In this document: positions 16,642-25,608 of the stretch, piece by piece | Layout: each line of letters begins with the position of its first letter | How positions within the stretch are numbered: position 1 is the stretch's first letter | Origin: Thermoanaerobacterales bacterium | Lineage (GTDB): Bacteria > Bacillota > Thermoanaerobacteria > Thermoanaerobacterales > UBA4877 | Reading direction: 5' to 3' | Length of the DNA stretch: 64,000 bases | NCBI GenBank assembly: GCA_036771835.1 | Contig: DAIPGN010000007.1 | Span: forward strand, 17,408-81,407 | The notes under the pieces: model-generated | Told to the model about the DNA's origin: nothing | Databases searched by the model: none | Seen by the model: only the letters and a program-made list of their open reading frames with translations | Made by a program: the position numbers and the translations under genes

Positions 16642-19263
16642 TTGGAAAGATTAGTGCTTATAGATGGCAGCAGCGTGTTTTACCGGGCTTTTTTTGCCCT
16701 TCCTCCCCTCATGAACAGAAAGGGTATAAGGACCAATGCGGCGTATGGATTTACCATGATGCTCTTCAAAATGATGGAGGATTATAAGCCGGACTACATT
16801 GCGGTGGCCTTCGACGTAAAGGAGCCGACCTTCCGCCACAAGAGTTATGAGGGCTATAAGGCGACGAGGGAAAAGATGCCCGACGAATTATCCTGCCAGA
16901 TACCCATTCTGCACGATATATTATCTGCATTGAACATCAAAACTGTGGAATTTCCCGGATTTGAAGCCGACGATATATTGGGCACCTTATCAAAGGCTGC
17001 AGAAGAAAAGGGTTATGAGACCTACATAGTGACCGGCGACAGGGATGCGCTGCAGTTGGTGTCGGAGAATACAAAGGTGATATTGAATAAGAAGGGCATG
17101 ACCGATGTTGATGTCTACGATATCGGTCATTTCCGTGAGAAATACGGCATAACGCCGGAAGAGTTCATAGACCTCAAGGGACTGATGGGCGATAAATCGG
17201 ACAATATACCCGGGGTGCCGGGCATAGGAGAAAAGACGGCTGCGGCGCTTATCAAGGAGTATGGTTCGGTCGACAGCGTGATCAATAATCTGGAAAGCGT
17301 GAAGAACAAGAGAGTCAGAAATCTGATAGAGGAGAATGTGGACAAGGCGCTTTTGAGCAGAAGGCTGTCGGCCATAGTCAGGGACATACCTATGGATTTC
17401 GATATGAGCGAATACGCGGTCAAGGAGCCTGACGGCGCAGAGGTCAGGAGGATCTTTGAGGGGCTGGAGTTTAACTCGCTGCTGGATAAAATTCCTGCGC
17501 TTGGCGCGGCGGAGGCGTCGGAAAAAATCATTTATGATCTCATAGATAATGAGGATAGTTTTAAGGAATATATCAAGGGACTTCGATCGGTAGCCATAAG
17601 CTGCAGGATGGAAAACGGCGGCCTGGCCATGGCTGCCCTCAGCAGCGAACACGGCACGGTCTTCCTGCCGTTTTACAAATCTGACGGACTGCTGCCGGAC
17701 GGCCTGTACCGTCTGATAGCCGACGGCAATGTGAGAAAGACGGGACACGACCTTAAGGCATTATTGGATTTTTGTATAGATAACGGATATATGCCGCAGA
17801 ATATCGGCTTTGACTCCGCCATTGCCGCGTATCTCTTGAATGCGACCGGGTCCGAGTATACCGTAAGGCAGATAGCCAAGGAATATTTGAACAGGGATAT
17901 TATGGATGACTCGGTCTTTGGGAAGGGCAGGAACAAGCTGGAATGCGGCCGGATGGATAAAGATACCTTAAACCAGCTTGCAGGAGAAGAGGCCGAGGTC
18001 ATATGCAAGGCGGAGCCCATGATGATGGAGAGACTGGATGAGCTTGGCATGGACAAGCTCTTCAATGAGATAGAGATGCCGCTGATCACGGTACTGGCCG
18101 ACATGGAATGCACAGGCTTCAATATAGACAGGGAAGAACTGGCGCGGCTGGAGGAGGAGTTCGGCACGCAGCTTGCCGGGATCACATCTGATATATACCG
18201 GATAGCGGGCGAGGAGTTCAATATAAATTCACCCAAGCAGCTCTCCCATATACTTTTCGAAAAGCTGGATCTCCCGGTCATAAAGAAGACCAAAACGGGA
18301 TACTCTACCGATGCAGAGGTTCTAGAGGAGCTGGCGCCGCAGCATGAAATAGTGGCAAAGATACTGGATTACAGGCAAATATCAAAGCTTAAGTCGACAT
18401 ATGTCGATGGGTTTATAAAGCTTACCGAGGGAAACGAGAAGATACACACCAGTTTCAATCAGACGGTCACGGCAACGGGCAGGATAAGCAGTACGGAGCC
18501 CAATCTGCAGAACATTCCCATACGGACGGATACCGGCAGGCAGATACGCAGGGTGTTCATACCCTCCGATGAGAACCATCTGATACTGTCTGCGGATTAT
18601 TCACAGATAGAGCTTAGAGTCTTGGCCCATCTGTCGGGAGATGAAAACCTGATAAACTCATTCCTGTCGGGGGAGGATATACACAGGAGGACGGCTTCGG
18701 AGGTCTTCGGAGTACCGTTAGACGAGGTTACGTCCGAAATGCGGAGGAACGCGAAGGCGGTCAATTTCGGAATAGTGTATGGTATCAGCGACTTTGGCCT
18801 GGCCAAGGATCTGCGCATACCCAGGGAGATCGCTGCGGAATACATCGGCAATTATTTTAAAAGATACCCTGCGGTAAAGGAATATCTGGACAGGTGCGTT
18901 ATGAGGGCCAAGGAGCTAGGATATGTCACGACCATTATGAACAGGAGGCGCTATGTCCCTGAGATAAGCTCAAAGAACAGGAATATCCGACAGTTCGGAG
19001 AACGCATAGCCATGAATACTCCAATACAGGGCAGCGCCGCAGACATCATAAAAATAGCTATGGTGAATGTCCATCGCAGGCTGCAGGGACACAAGTCGAA
19101 TCTTATACTGCAGGTACACGATGAATTGATAGTCGACACGCTGAAGGATGAACTGGATGAAATAAAGGAAATTGTAAAGAGCGAGATGGAAAATGCCATA
19201 TCGTTGAACGCCCCCCTTATTGCCGATGTAAATTACGGCGCAAACTGGTATGACGTGAAATGA
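16642..19263 (+). CDS. polA: DNA polymerase I
   Basis: It is 873 aa, with a 5'-3' exonuclease N-terminus (LIDGSSVFYRAFFA). Pol A motifs are present (DYSQIELRVLAH, RRNAKAVNFGIVYG, QVHDEL). Confidence 0.95.
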   Translation: MERLVLIDGSSVFYRAFFALPPLMNRKGIRTNAAYGFTMMLFKMMEDYKPDYIAVAFDVKEPTFRHKSYEGYKATREKMPDELSCQIPILHDILSALNIKTVEFPGFEADDILGTLSKAAEEKGYETYIVTGDRDALQLVSENTKVILNKKGMTDVDVYDIGHFREKYGITPEEFIDLKGLMGDKSDNIPGVPGIGEKTAAALIKEYGSVDSVINNLESVKNKRVRNLIEENVDKALLSRRLSAIVRDIPMDFDMSEYAVKEPDGAEVRRIFEGLEFNSLLDKIPALGAAEASEKIIYDLIDNEDSFKEYIKGLRSVAISCRMENGGLAMAALSSEHGTVFLPFYKSDGLLPDGLYRLIADGNVRKTGHDLKALLDFCIDNGYMPQNIGFDSAIAAYLLNATGSEYTVRQIAKEYLNRDIMDDSVFGKGRNKLECGRMDKDTLNQLAGEEAEVICKAEPMMMERLDELGMDKLFNEIEMPLITVLADMECTGFNIDREELARLEEEFGTQLAGITSDIYRIAGEEFNINSPKQLSHILFEKLDLPVIKKTKTGYSTDAEVLEELAPQHEIVAKILDYRQISKLKSTYVDGFIKLTEGNEKIHTSFNQTVTATGRISSTEPNLQNIPIRTDTGRQIRRVFIPSDENHLILSADYSQIELRVLAHLSGDENLINSFLSGEDIHRRTASEVFGVPLDEVTSEMRRNAKAVNFGIVYGISDFGLAKDLRIPREIAAEYIGNYFKRYPAVKEYLDRCVMRAKELGYVTTIMNRRRYVPEISSKNRNIRQFGERIAMNTPIQGSAADIIKIAMVNVHRRLQGHKSNLILQVHDELIVDTLKDELDEIKEIVKSEMENAISLNAPLIADVNYGANWYDVK

Positions 19264-19272
19264 GGCGGTAGC

Positions 19273-19878
19273 TTGAAGGTCATAGGACTTACTGGCGGGA
19301 TCGCCAGCGGTAAAAGTACGGTATCGGGCATGCTGAGAGAATTGGGGGCATATATAATAGATGCGGATCTGATATCCCGAGACATAATACTCAGGGGAAC
19401 AGGGGCATGGGATGAGATCGTAGAGTATTTTGGCGAGGGGATATTGCTCCCCAATGGAGAAATCGACAGGAAAAGACTGGGCAATATAGTTTTTGCGGAC
19501 AGACAGAAGCTGCAAAAGCTGAATTCAATAACCCATCCTAGGATAATAAAGCGTATAAAAGAGATAATTGAAGAAGAGCGGGCAGAGGGCAAGGAAAGGG
19601 CAATAGTGTTGGACGCCGCCATACTCATCGAAATGGGCATGCAGAGCATGGTAGACGAGATATGGCTGGTGTCGGCTGACAAAGATATTCAGATACGGCG
19701 GCTTATGGAGAGGGACAGGCTTTCATACCAAAATGCCATAAACCGCATTCGTGTGCAGATGCCCTTGAGCGAGAAGATCAAATATGCGGACTATGTGATT
19801 GACAACAGTAAAGACATGGGATATATTAAAGAACAAGTGAGCAAACTTTGGGAAAGGGTGATAGAAGAGCATAACTGA
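19273..19878 (+). CDS. coaE: Dephospho-CoA kinase
   Basis: The P-loop reads IGLTGGIASGKST. It is ~200 aa and lies directly after polA, as in many Firmicutes. Confidence 0.9.
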   Translation: MKVIGLTGGIASGKSTVSGMLRELGAYIIDADLISRDIILRGTGAWDEIVEYFGEGILLPNGEIDRKRLGNIVFADRQKLQKLNSITHPRIIKRIKEIIEEERAEGKERAIVLDAAILIEMGMQSMVDEIWLVSADKDIQIRRLMERDRLSYQNAINRIRVQMPLSEKIKYADYVIDNSKDMGYIKEQVSKLWERVIEEHN

Positions 19879-19912
19879 TTTGCCCGCGCATAAGATTATG
19901 GTATAGTAATTT

Positions 19913-20530
19913 GTGGTAAGTTGGGGGTATAATCCATTGATATTCATTCCGCGTAAACTTATGTTTGTAATTATTATTTTATTGGTCGCAGCGCTGATTA
20001 TACCTGTTGCATTAAAGACTTATGATTATGTGCTCAGGTTAAGGTATCCTGTGAAATACATGGATATAATAGAGAAATATACCGGCGAATACGGTATCGA
20101 TCCTTATTTTGTTTTGGCTATAATAAAGGCCGAGAGCAGTTTCAATCCGAAAGCCGTATCCAACAAGGGCGCCAAGGGTCTTATGCAGATACACCCTGAT
20201 ACGGGGGAGTGGATAGCGAAGAATATCGGCTTGGATGGATATAAAGAGGATGTTTTGCTTGATCCTGAGATAAACGTAAGGATGGCCTGCTGGTATTTAA
20301 ACAACCTGAATAAGCAATTTAAAGACCCGGTTTCGGTGCTTGCGGCATATAACGCCGGCAGCGGCAATGTGAAAAAATGGCTGAGCGATGAAAAATACAG
20401 CCGCGACCAAAATAAACTGGAATACATACCGTTCAAGGAAACACGGGATTACATAGAGCGGATAACGAAAAACTATCAGATGTACAAAAGGATCTATGAG
20501 GGAACAAAAGAAAGAGGGCAGCTGAAGTAA
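19913..20530 (+). CDS. Membrane-anchored lytic transglycosylase (SLT domain)
   Basis: The SLT motif reads IIKAESSFNPKAVSNKGAKGLMQI...AYNAG, preceded by an N-terminal TM segment. The start is uncertain: GTG 19913, TTG 19937 or ATG 19961. Confidence 0.8.
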   Translation: MVSWGYNPLIFIPRKLMFVIIILLVAALIIPVALKTYDYVLRLRYPVKYMDIIEKYTGEYGIDPYFVLAIIKAESSFNPKAVSNKGAKGLMQIHPDTGEWIAKNIGLDGYKEDVLLDPEINVRMACWYLNNLNKQFKDPVSVLAAYNAGSGNVKKWLSDEKYSRDQNKLEYIPFKETRDYIERITKNYQMYKRIYEGTKERGQLK

Positions 20531-21564
20531 TGAAAAATATAAGTACTCTTGAAGACCTTGAGAAGGTCACCGTAGAACCGGACAGGAAACTGTTTTCTGC
20601 AACTCATGAAGAGATAATGGAAGGAAAGACTACGGACGTATATTTCTTGAGGACCATGGATATATTGTCTCATCTTAACATAGAGAATACCGTTGTCACC
20701 GCGGAAATCTTTGCAAGGGAGAATGGTATACTTGCGGGAATACCCGAGGTCATAAACGTATTGAAGGATAAGGAAATAGAATTGTGGGCACTGAAAGAGG
20801 GCGATAGTTTCGCTCCCAAAGACACGCTGGTAAGGATAAAGGGTCCGTATTCGCAGTTTGGAATATTTGAGACGACGATACTGGGGATGCTTGCCAGTTC
20901 ATCCGCATGGGCAACGGCTGCAAAAGTTGCCAGAGAGGCATGCAAAGGTAAACCGCTTCTATGCTTCGGAGCGAGACATGTTCACCCTTCCGTGGCTCCC
21001 GTGATGGAAAGGGCGGCGCTGATCGGAGGGGCTGATAACGCAAGCTGTATCCTCGGAGCAAAGCTGGCCGGCAGCGAGCCCATGGGGACGCTGCCCCATG
21101 CTGCTTTTTTGATCGCGGGGGACACACTGACCGTGGCCAAAGCATATGATGAGATATCGGGCCCCGATGAAAACAGGACGATACTCATCGATACGTTTAA
21201 GGATGAAACCGAGGAAGCGCTCAGGGTCGCGGAAACATTGGGAGATAAACTCTATGGTATAAGGCTGGATACCCCAAGCGAAAGAGGCGGAGTAACGGCG
21301 GAACTTATAAAAGAGTTAAGGGCAAGGCTGGACCAGAAGGGATATAAGAACGTAAAGATAATAGTTTCTGGAGGGCTGTATCCCGAAAAGATATCGGAGC
21401 TTGCAGATGCGGGCGTCGACGCTTTCGGCGTGGGCAGCTTCATATCCGACGCAAAGCCTATTGACATGACTATGGATATCAAGGAAGTAAACGGCCGGCC
21501 GATAGCCAAGCGAGGAAGAATACCGGGTATTATAGAGAACCATAAGCTTGTAAAAATGATATGA
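20530..21564 (+). CDS. Nicotinate phosphoribosyltransferase-like type II PRTase (short, archaeal-like form)
   Basis: It is 344 aa and resembles the NaPRT/QPRT family (GILAGIPE..., GARHVHP, GTLPHA, IDTF). The start overlaps the preceding stop (ATGA). Confidence 0.65.
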   Translation: MKNISTLEDLEKVTVEPDRKLFSATHEEIMEGKTTDVYFLRTMDILSHLNIENTVVTAEIFARENGILAGIPEVINVLKDKEIELWALKEGDSFAPKDTLVRIKGPYSQFGIFETTILGMLASSSAWATAAKVAREACKGKPLLCFGARHVHPSVAPVMERAALIGGADNASCILGAKLAGSEPMGTLPHAAFLIAGDTLTVAKAYDEISGPDENRTILIDTFKDETEEALRVAETLGDKLYGIRLDTPSERGGVTAELIKELRARLDQKGYKNVKIIVSGGLYPEKISELADAGVDAFGVGSFISDAKPIDMTMDIKEVNGRPIAKRGRIPGIIENHKLVKMI

Positions 21565-21571
21565 TTTAATA

Positions 21572-21600
21572 TTGACTTGTCCTTAAACTTATATTATAAT
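21572..21600 (+). promoter_or_regulatory. SigmaA-type promoter for tRNA-Leu(GAG)
   Basis: TTGACT, a 17-nt spacer and TATAAT are present, ending 15 nt before the tRNA 5' end. Confidence 0.7.
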
Positions 21601-21615
21601 TGTAAACGTTGGTAC

Positions 21616-21703
21616 GCCGAGATGGTGGAATAGGCAGACACGCTACTTTGAGGGGGTAGTGAGGGATTTCCTCATGCGGGTTCGAGTCCCGCTCCCGGCA
21701 CCA
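21616..21703 (+). tRNA. tRNA-Leu (anticodon GAG), class II, CCA encoded
   Basis: The sequence is GCCGAGA-TG-GTGGAATAGGCAGAC...CTACT-TTGAGGG-GGTAG...GCGGGTTCGAGTCCCGC-TCCCGGC-A-CCA. There is one A-C mismatch in the acceptor stem. Confidence 0.85.
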
Positions 21704-21740
21704 TCTTTTATGAGCAAATCTTATACATATTCAACTTATA

Positions 21741-21850
21741 TTGCCGAATCCTTTAAAAAGGTACGGGGGAATCAATAATGGGGTGAATCCATCTTCAAGA
21801 TGGTAGGGATACCTTCGTCCCGAATCCGTCAACTAACCTCGGAGGCATGG
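21741..21850 (+). promoter_or_regulatory. Cyclic-di-AMP riboswitch (ydaO/yuaA motif)
   Basis: These blocks match the conserved blocks of the B. subtilis ydaO leader: GCCGAATCC, GTACGGGGGAATCA, GGGGTGAATCC, GGTAGGGAT and CCCGAATCCGTCAACTAACCTCGGAGGC. The element runs into the SD of the NlpC/P60 gene. Confidence 0.85.
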
Positions 21851-21864
21851 GGAGGGAAATTCAA

Positions 21865-22539
21865 ATGAGGATTTTTGTTAAACTCGTCGTGGGGATTTCT
21901 GTACTGTTCGCGTCACTCATGTTTTGCGGCTTATTAAACAATACTTTTGCCGCGGAATTACCTAAGGGCATAGTTACGGGTAATAATGTCAATTTGAGAG
22001 AGGATTCCAATCTGAAGGCAAAAGTCATCAAAGAGGTCGGCATCAACAACGTCGTTTCCGTACTCGAGAAAACGGATGGCTGGTATCATATAAAGCTGTC
22101 GGACGGTACGGAAGGGTGGATGAGTTCCGACTATATTTCACTGAGGAGCGAAGATGTCTCCAGAGGCGGGGTAGTAAGGGACATCGTAAGTTTTGCCAAG
22201 AAGTTTTTGGGCGTGGGCTATGTATATGGGGGATCTTCGCCTAAGGGATTTGACTGTTCGGGATTCACGTCATATGTTTATAAGAATTTTGGCGTGCAAT
22301 TGCCGAGATCGGCATGTGATCAGGCGACCGCAGGTACGGCTGTGGAGAAGAGCGATTTGCAGTCGGGTGATCTGGTACTGTTTAAAACCCTGGGCTCGAA
22401 GAAAATCAATCATGCCGGATTATATATAGGCGACGGGAATTTTATACACAGCTCTTCGGGCAGCGGAGAAGTAAGAATAGATACCCTGCTGTCGGGTTAT
22501 TATAACGAACATTATGCCACTGCCAGGCATGTGTATTAA
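21865..22539 (+). CDS. Secreted SH3-domain + NlpC/P60 peptidoglycan endopeptidase
   Basis: A signal peptide follows ATG 21865 (track start 21847). The SH3_3-like segment reads GWYHIKLSDGTEGWM. The NlpC/P60 catalytic motif reads YVYGGSSPKGFDCSGFTSYVY...HAGLYIG. Confidence 0.85.
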   Translation: MRIFVKLVVGISVLFASLMFCGLLNNTFAAELPKGIVTGNNVNLREDSNLKAKVIKEVGINNVVSVLEKTDGWYHIKLSDGTEGWMSSDYISLRSEDVSRGGVVRDIVSFAKKFLGVGYVYGGSSPKGFDCSGFTSYVYKNFGVQLPRSACDQATAGTAVEKSDLQSGDLVLFKTLGSKKINHAGLYIGDGNFIHSSSGSGEVRIDTLLSGYYNEHYATARHVY

Positions 22540-22604
22540 CTTCATTTTTATCTTATATTAAAGATCACATTTGATTTTGCTTACAGACATAGATCAGTTA
22601 TTTA

Positions 22605-22634
22605 TTGACATAACGTATGTTTTGGGTATATAAT
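22605..22634 (+). promoter_or_regulatory. SigmaA-type promoter upstream of typA
   Basis: TTGACA, an 18-nt spacer and TATAAT are present. Confidence 0.65.
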
Positions 22635-22699
22635 TACATACTGATAAATGGAATGGGTACGGAATGTATCCATTTTTTGTTTGGAAGGGGAAATTAAAT

Positions 22700-24532
22700 G
22701 TGATAAGAAACGACATCAGAAATATAGCGATCATAGCCCATGTAGATCATGGAAAAACTACTTTGGTGGACGGCATGCTCAAGCAAAGCGGCATATTTCA
22801 CGACAACCAAAAAGTAAACGAGAGGATCATGGATTCCAACGACCTGGAAAGGGAGAGAGGAATAACCATCTTGGCCAAAAATACGGCTGTAAGATATAAC
22901 AATATAAAAATAAATATTGTGGATACGCCAGGCCATGCAGATTTTAGTGGCGAGGTCGAAAGAGTCCTCAAGATGGTGGACGGCGTACTACTTCTAGTGG
23001 ACGCAGCGGAAGGCCCGATGCCGCAGACCAGATTCGTCTTGGGAAAGGCGCTGTCCTTGAGTCTTAAACCCATCGTGGTAATAAATAAGATCGACAGACC
23101 AGACGCAAGACCATATGAGGTGATAGACGAGGTCTTAAACCTCTTTATAGAACTGGGAGCTGCGGAAGAGCAATTGGATTTTCCGATAATATATACCTCC
23201 GCACGGGAAGCCGTGGCAAAATATGATCTTAAGGATGACAGCGATAATTTAAAACCGCTGTTTGATACAATAATAGAAAGCATACCGGCTCCCGAGGGAG
23301 ATGACGATGCTCCTCTGCAGATGATCGTCACTAATCTGGATTACGACGACTATGTGGGCAGGTTGGCGGTAGGCAGGATCGTGAGAGGAAAGATAAGCGG
23401 CGGACAGCAGGTGAGTATCGTAAAAAAGGACGGTTCGGTGCAAAAAAAGAAGATAGGCCTGGTATATCAATATGAGGCCCTGAAGAGGACTGAGAGCGAA
23501 GGGGCTTCCATAGGGGATATCATTTCGGTATCGGGTATCCCGGATATAGAGATAGGCGAGACCATCGCGGATGCCGATGATCCCGAGGCGGTAAGCTTTG
23601 TGAATATCGAAGAGCCGACGATTTCCATGGACTTTTCCACCAACAATAGTTCGTTTGCGGGTAAGGAAGGCCAGTATGTCACGTCACGGCATCTGAGAGA
23701 CAGGCTGTACAGGGAGCTGGAAACCAATGTTTCACTAAAAGTTGAAGATACCGATACCCCCGACACGTTTAAGGTATCGGGGAGGGGAGAACTGCATCTG
23801 TCCATTTTGATCGAGACGATGCGCAGAGAAGGATATGAGTTCCAGGTATCTAAACCGCAGGTGATATATAAGACAAAGGGCGGAAAGAAGTATGAGCCTA
23901 TTGAGACTCTTTTCATAGATATGCCGGAAGAATATATGGGAGTGGTGATGGAAAAGATCGGGCCGAGGAAGGCTGAACTGGTTGATATGTCGGCCAATGA
24001 CAGAGGCGGCGTCAGGGTGGAATTTAATATCCCTTCGCGTGGTCTTATGGGATACAGGGCGGATTTTCTTACCGATACCAGAGGCACGGGCATTATGAAT
24101 CATCAGTTTTTAGACTATGAGCCCTATAAGGGAGAGATAAAAGAAAGAAACCACGGATCTCTGGTTGCTTCCGAAGCGGGCATTACCACCGCATATGGTT
24201 TGAATAATGCTCAGGAAAGAGGAGAATTGTTTGTCAGCCCCGGCGTCGAGGTTTACGAGGGTATGGTGATCGGGGAGAATAACCGGGAAGAGGATATTGA
24301 CGTGAACGTATGCAAAAAGAAGCATCTGACCAACATGAGGTCCTCAAATGCGGACGAGGGCATCAGGCTTACTATGCCCAAAGTGCTGAGTTTGGAAGAG
24401 GCACTCGACTTTTTGGCTGAAGATGAGCTGATGGAGGTCACGCCAAAATCCATAAGAATGAGAAAAATGATATTATCAAAAAACGACAGGTATAAATCTG
24501 TCGGCAGAGTGATAAAATCTGGTAAGAAATAA
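22700..24532 (+). CDS. typA: Translational GTPase TypA/BipA
   Basis: IRNIAIIAHVDHGKTTLVD, DTPGHADF and NKIDR are present. The protein is ~610 aa. The probable GTG start at 22700 follows GGAAGGGG (track start 22664). Confidence 0.92.
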   Translation: MIRNDIRNIAIIAHVDHGKTTLVDGMLKQSGIFHDNQKVNERIMDSNDLERERGITILAKNTAVRYNNIKINIVDTPGHADFSGEVERVLKMVDGVLLLVDAAEGPMPQTRFVLGKALSLSLKPIVVINKIDRPDARPYEVIDEVLNLFIELGAAEEQLDFPIIYTSAREAVAKYDLKDDSDNLKPLFDTIIESIPAPEGDDDAPLQMIVTNLDYDDYVGRLAVGRIVRGKISGGQQVSIVKKDGSVQKKKIGLVYQYEALKRTESEGASIGDIISVSGIPDIEIGETIADADDPEAVSFVNIEEPTISMDFSTNNSSFAGKEGQYVTSRHLRDRLYRELETNVSLKVEDTDTPDTFKVSGRGELHLSILIETMRREGYEFQVSKPQVIYKTKGGKKYEPIETLFIDMPEEYMGVVMEKIGPRKAELVDMSANDRGGVRVEFNIPSRGLMGYRADFLTDTRGTGIMNHQFLDYEPYKGEIKERNHGSLVASEAGITTAYGLNNAQERGELFVSPGVEVYEGMVIGENNREEDIDVNVCKKKHLTNMRSSNADEGIRLTMPKVLSLEEALDFLAEDELMEVTPKSIRMRKMILSKNDRYKSVGRVIKSGKK

Positions 24533-24558
24533 AGAGCTTTTGGCTCTTTATTTTTTTT
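24531..24558 (+). terminator. Rho-independent terminator after typA
   Basis: The stem-loop aaagagc-tttt-ggctcttt is followed by a T8 run. Confidence 0.85.
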
Positions 24559-24610
24559 GCATTTTATTTTACAATATATACCAGTAATATAAAATATTGG
24601 AGGAAACTAT

Positions 24611-25366
24611 ATGAGAATAAAGAGATTGATGTTGAACAAGAAAAATAGATTGCGGACATCTGCAATACTGCTGCTCTTTATTTTTGCGCTGCCCATCTCA
24701 TCTTTTTACTTATCAGATCGTCTTGTACATAAAATTGTGACGCCGCTCTATAAAAGGCTGGAGCCCGTGACCACGGATGCCGTCGAGGTCTGGGAGGTGG
24801 CTCCGCTGACATACTATGAAGTATATTCCGATATGCCGGAGCTGTCATCACGGCTGCATCCGGTAAATGAAAGCGGGCTAGTAGCGTGTGCACTCTACAA
24901 GGGGGACGCCGCGGCGATCAAGAATGTGTCGGGCGACGCGGATATGGTCATCGAGAAAAAGACGATAAGGGGAGTTTCCGTTCCCTTCGTAAAAAATAAC
25001 ATGGGAGGGATCGAGGTTTTAAACGGCTGTATAGAGGACGTTATCTCGCTGCTGCAGAGGGAAAGCCGTATGAGTACGGGAATGTTGACCGGTAAGGATA
25101 AACAGCAAGACGTTTCCGGGGATATAAAGACGATCGAAGGTAAGTTGAAAGATATGCGAGATAAGCTGAATAATACTGATGATGCTTATAACGGCATTAG
25201 TGAGGTTGAAGAGTTTGTCAAATTACAGGATGATGCCATGGACAAGCTGGAAATCTCTGCCATGTTGAATGACGGGAAGGAATTTTACATCACACAAGAG
25301 GTCATATACAAATCATTAGATTTATACAATAGGTTGATACTTAGAATCAAAGCGGTAAATGAATAA
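24611..25366 (+). CDS. Hypothetical membrane-anchored protein
   Basis: A good SD (GGAGG) is present, and one N-terminal TM segment (SAILLLFIFALPISSFYL). The C-terminal half is charged and helical-looking. I recognise no family. Confidence 0.6.
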   Translation: MRIKRLMLNKKNRLRTSAILLLFIFALPISSFYLSDRLVHKIVTPLYKRLEPVTTDAVEVWEVAPLTYYEVYSDMPELSSRLHPVNESGLVACALYKGDAAAIKNVSGDADMVIEKKTIRGVSVPFVKNNMGGIEVLNGCIEDVISLLQRESRMSTGMLTGKDKQQDVSGDIKTIEGKLKDMRDKLNNTDDAYNGISEVEEFVKLQDDAMDKLEISAMLNDGKEFYITQEVIYKSLDLYNRLILRIKAVNE

Positions 25367-25608
25367 TATTAAAATTTGACTACCACGGGCATAAGCTTTG
25401 TGTTAATATATATACAGGACTTTATAACTGAACTTTTAACATAAGGGATTTTGCATTTTCCTCATAGAATAGCTTACTATGACCTGGCTATGATAGTTTT
25501 TTTATTGGGCACATCTGTAAATCCGGCGCGGAATGCCGATATATAAAATGATATGTCAAGTAAATTCATTCATCGTATATACACTATAACTGTACAAGGA
25601 GTGATTTG

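Noticed and set aside
16990-18293. 252-aa and 206-aa minus-strand ORFs inside polA
   Set aside because: They are antisense to DNA polymerase I. The translations are low-complexity with no start signals.
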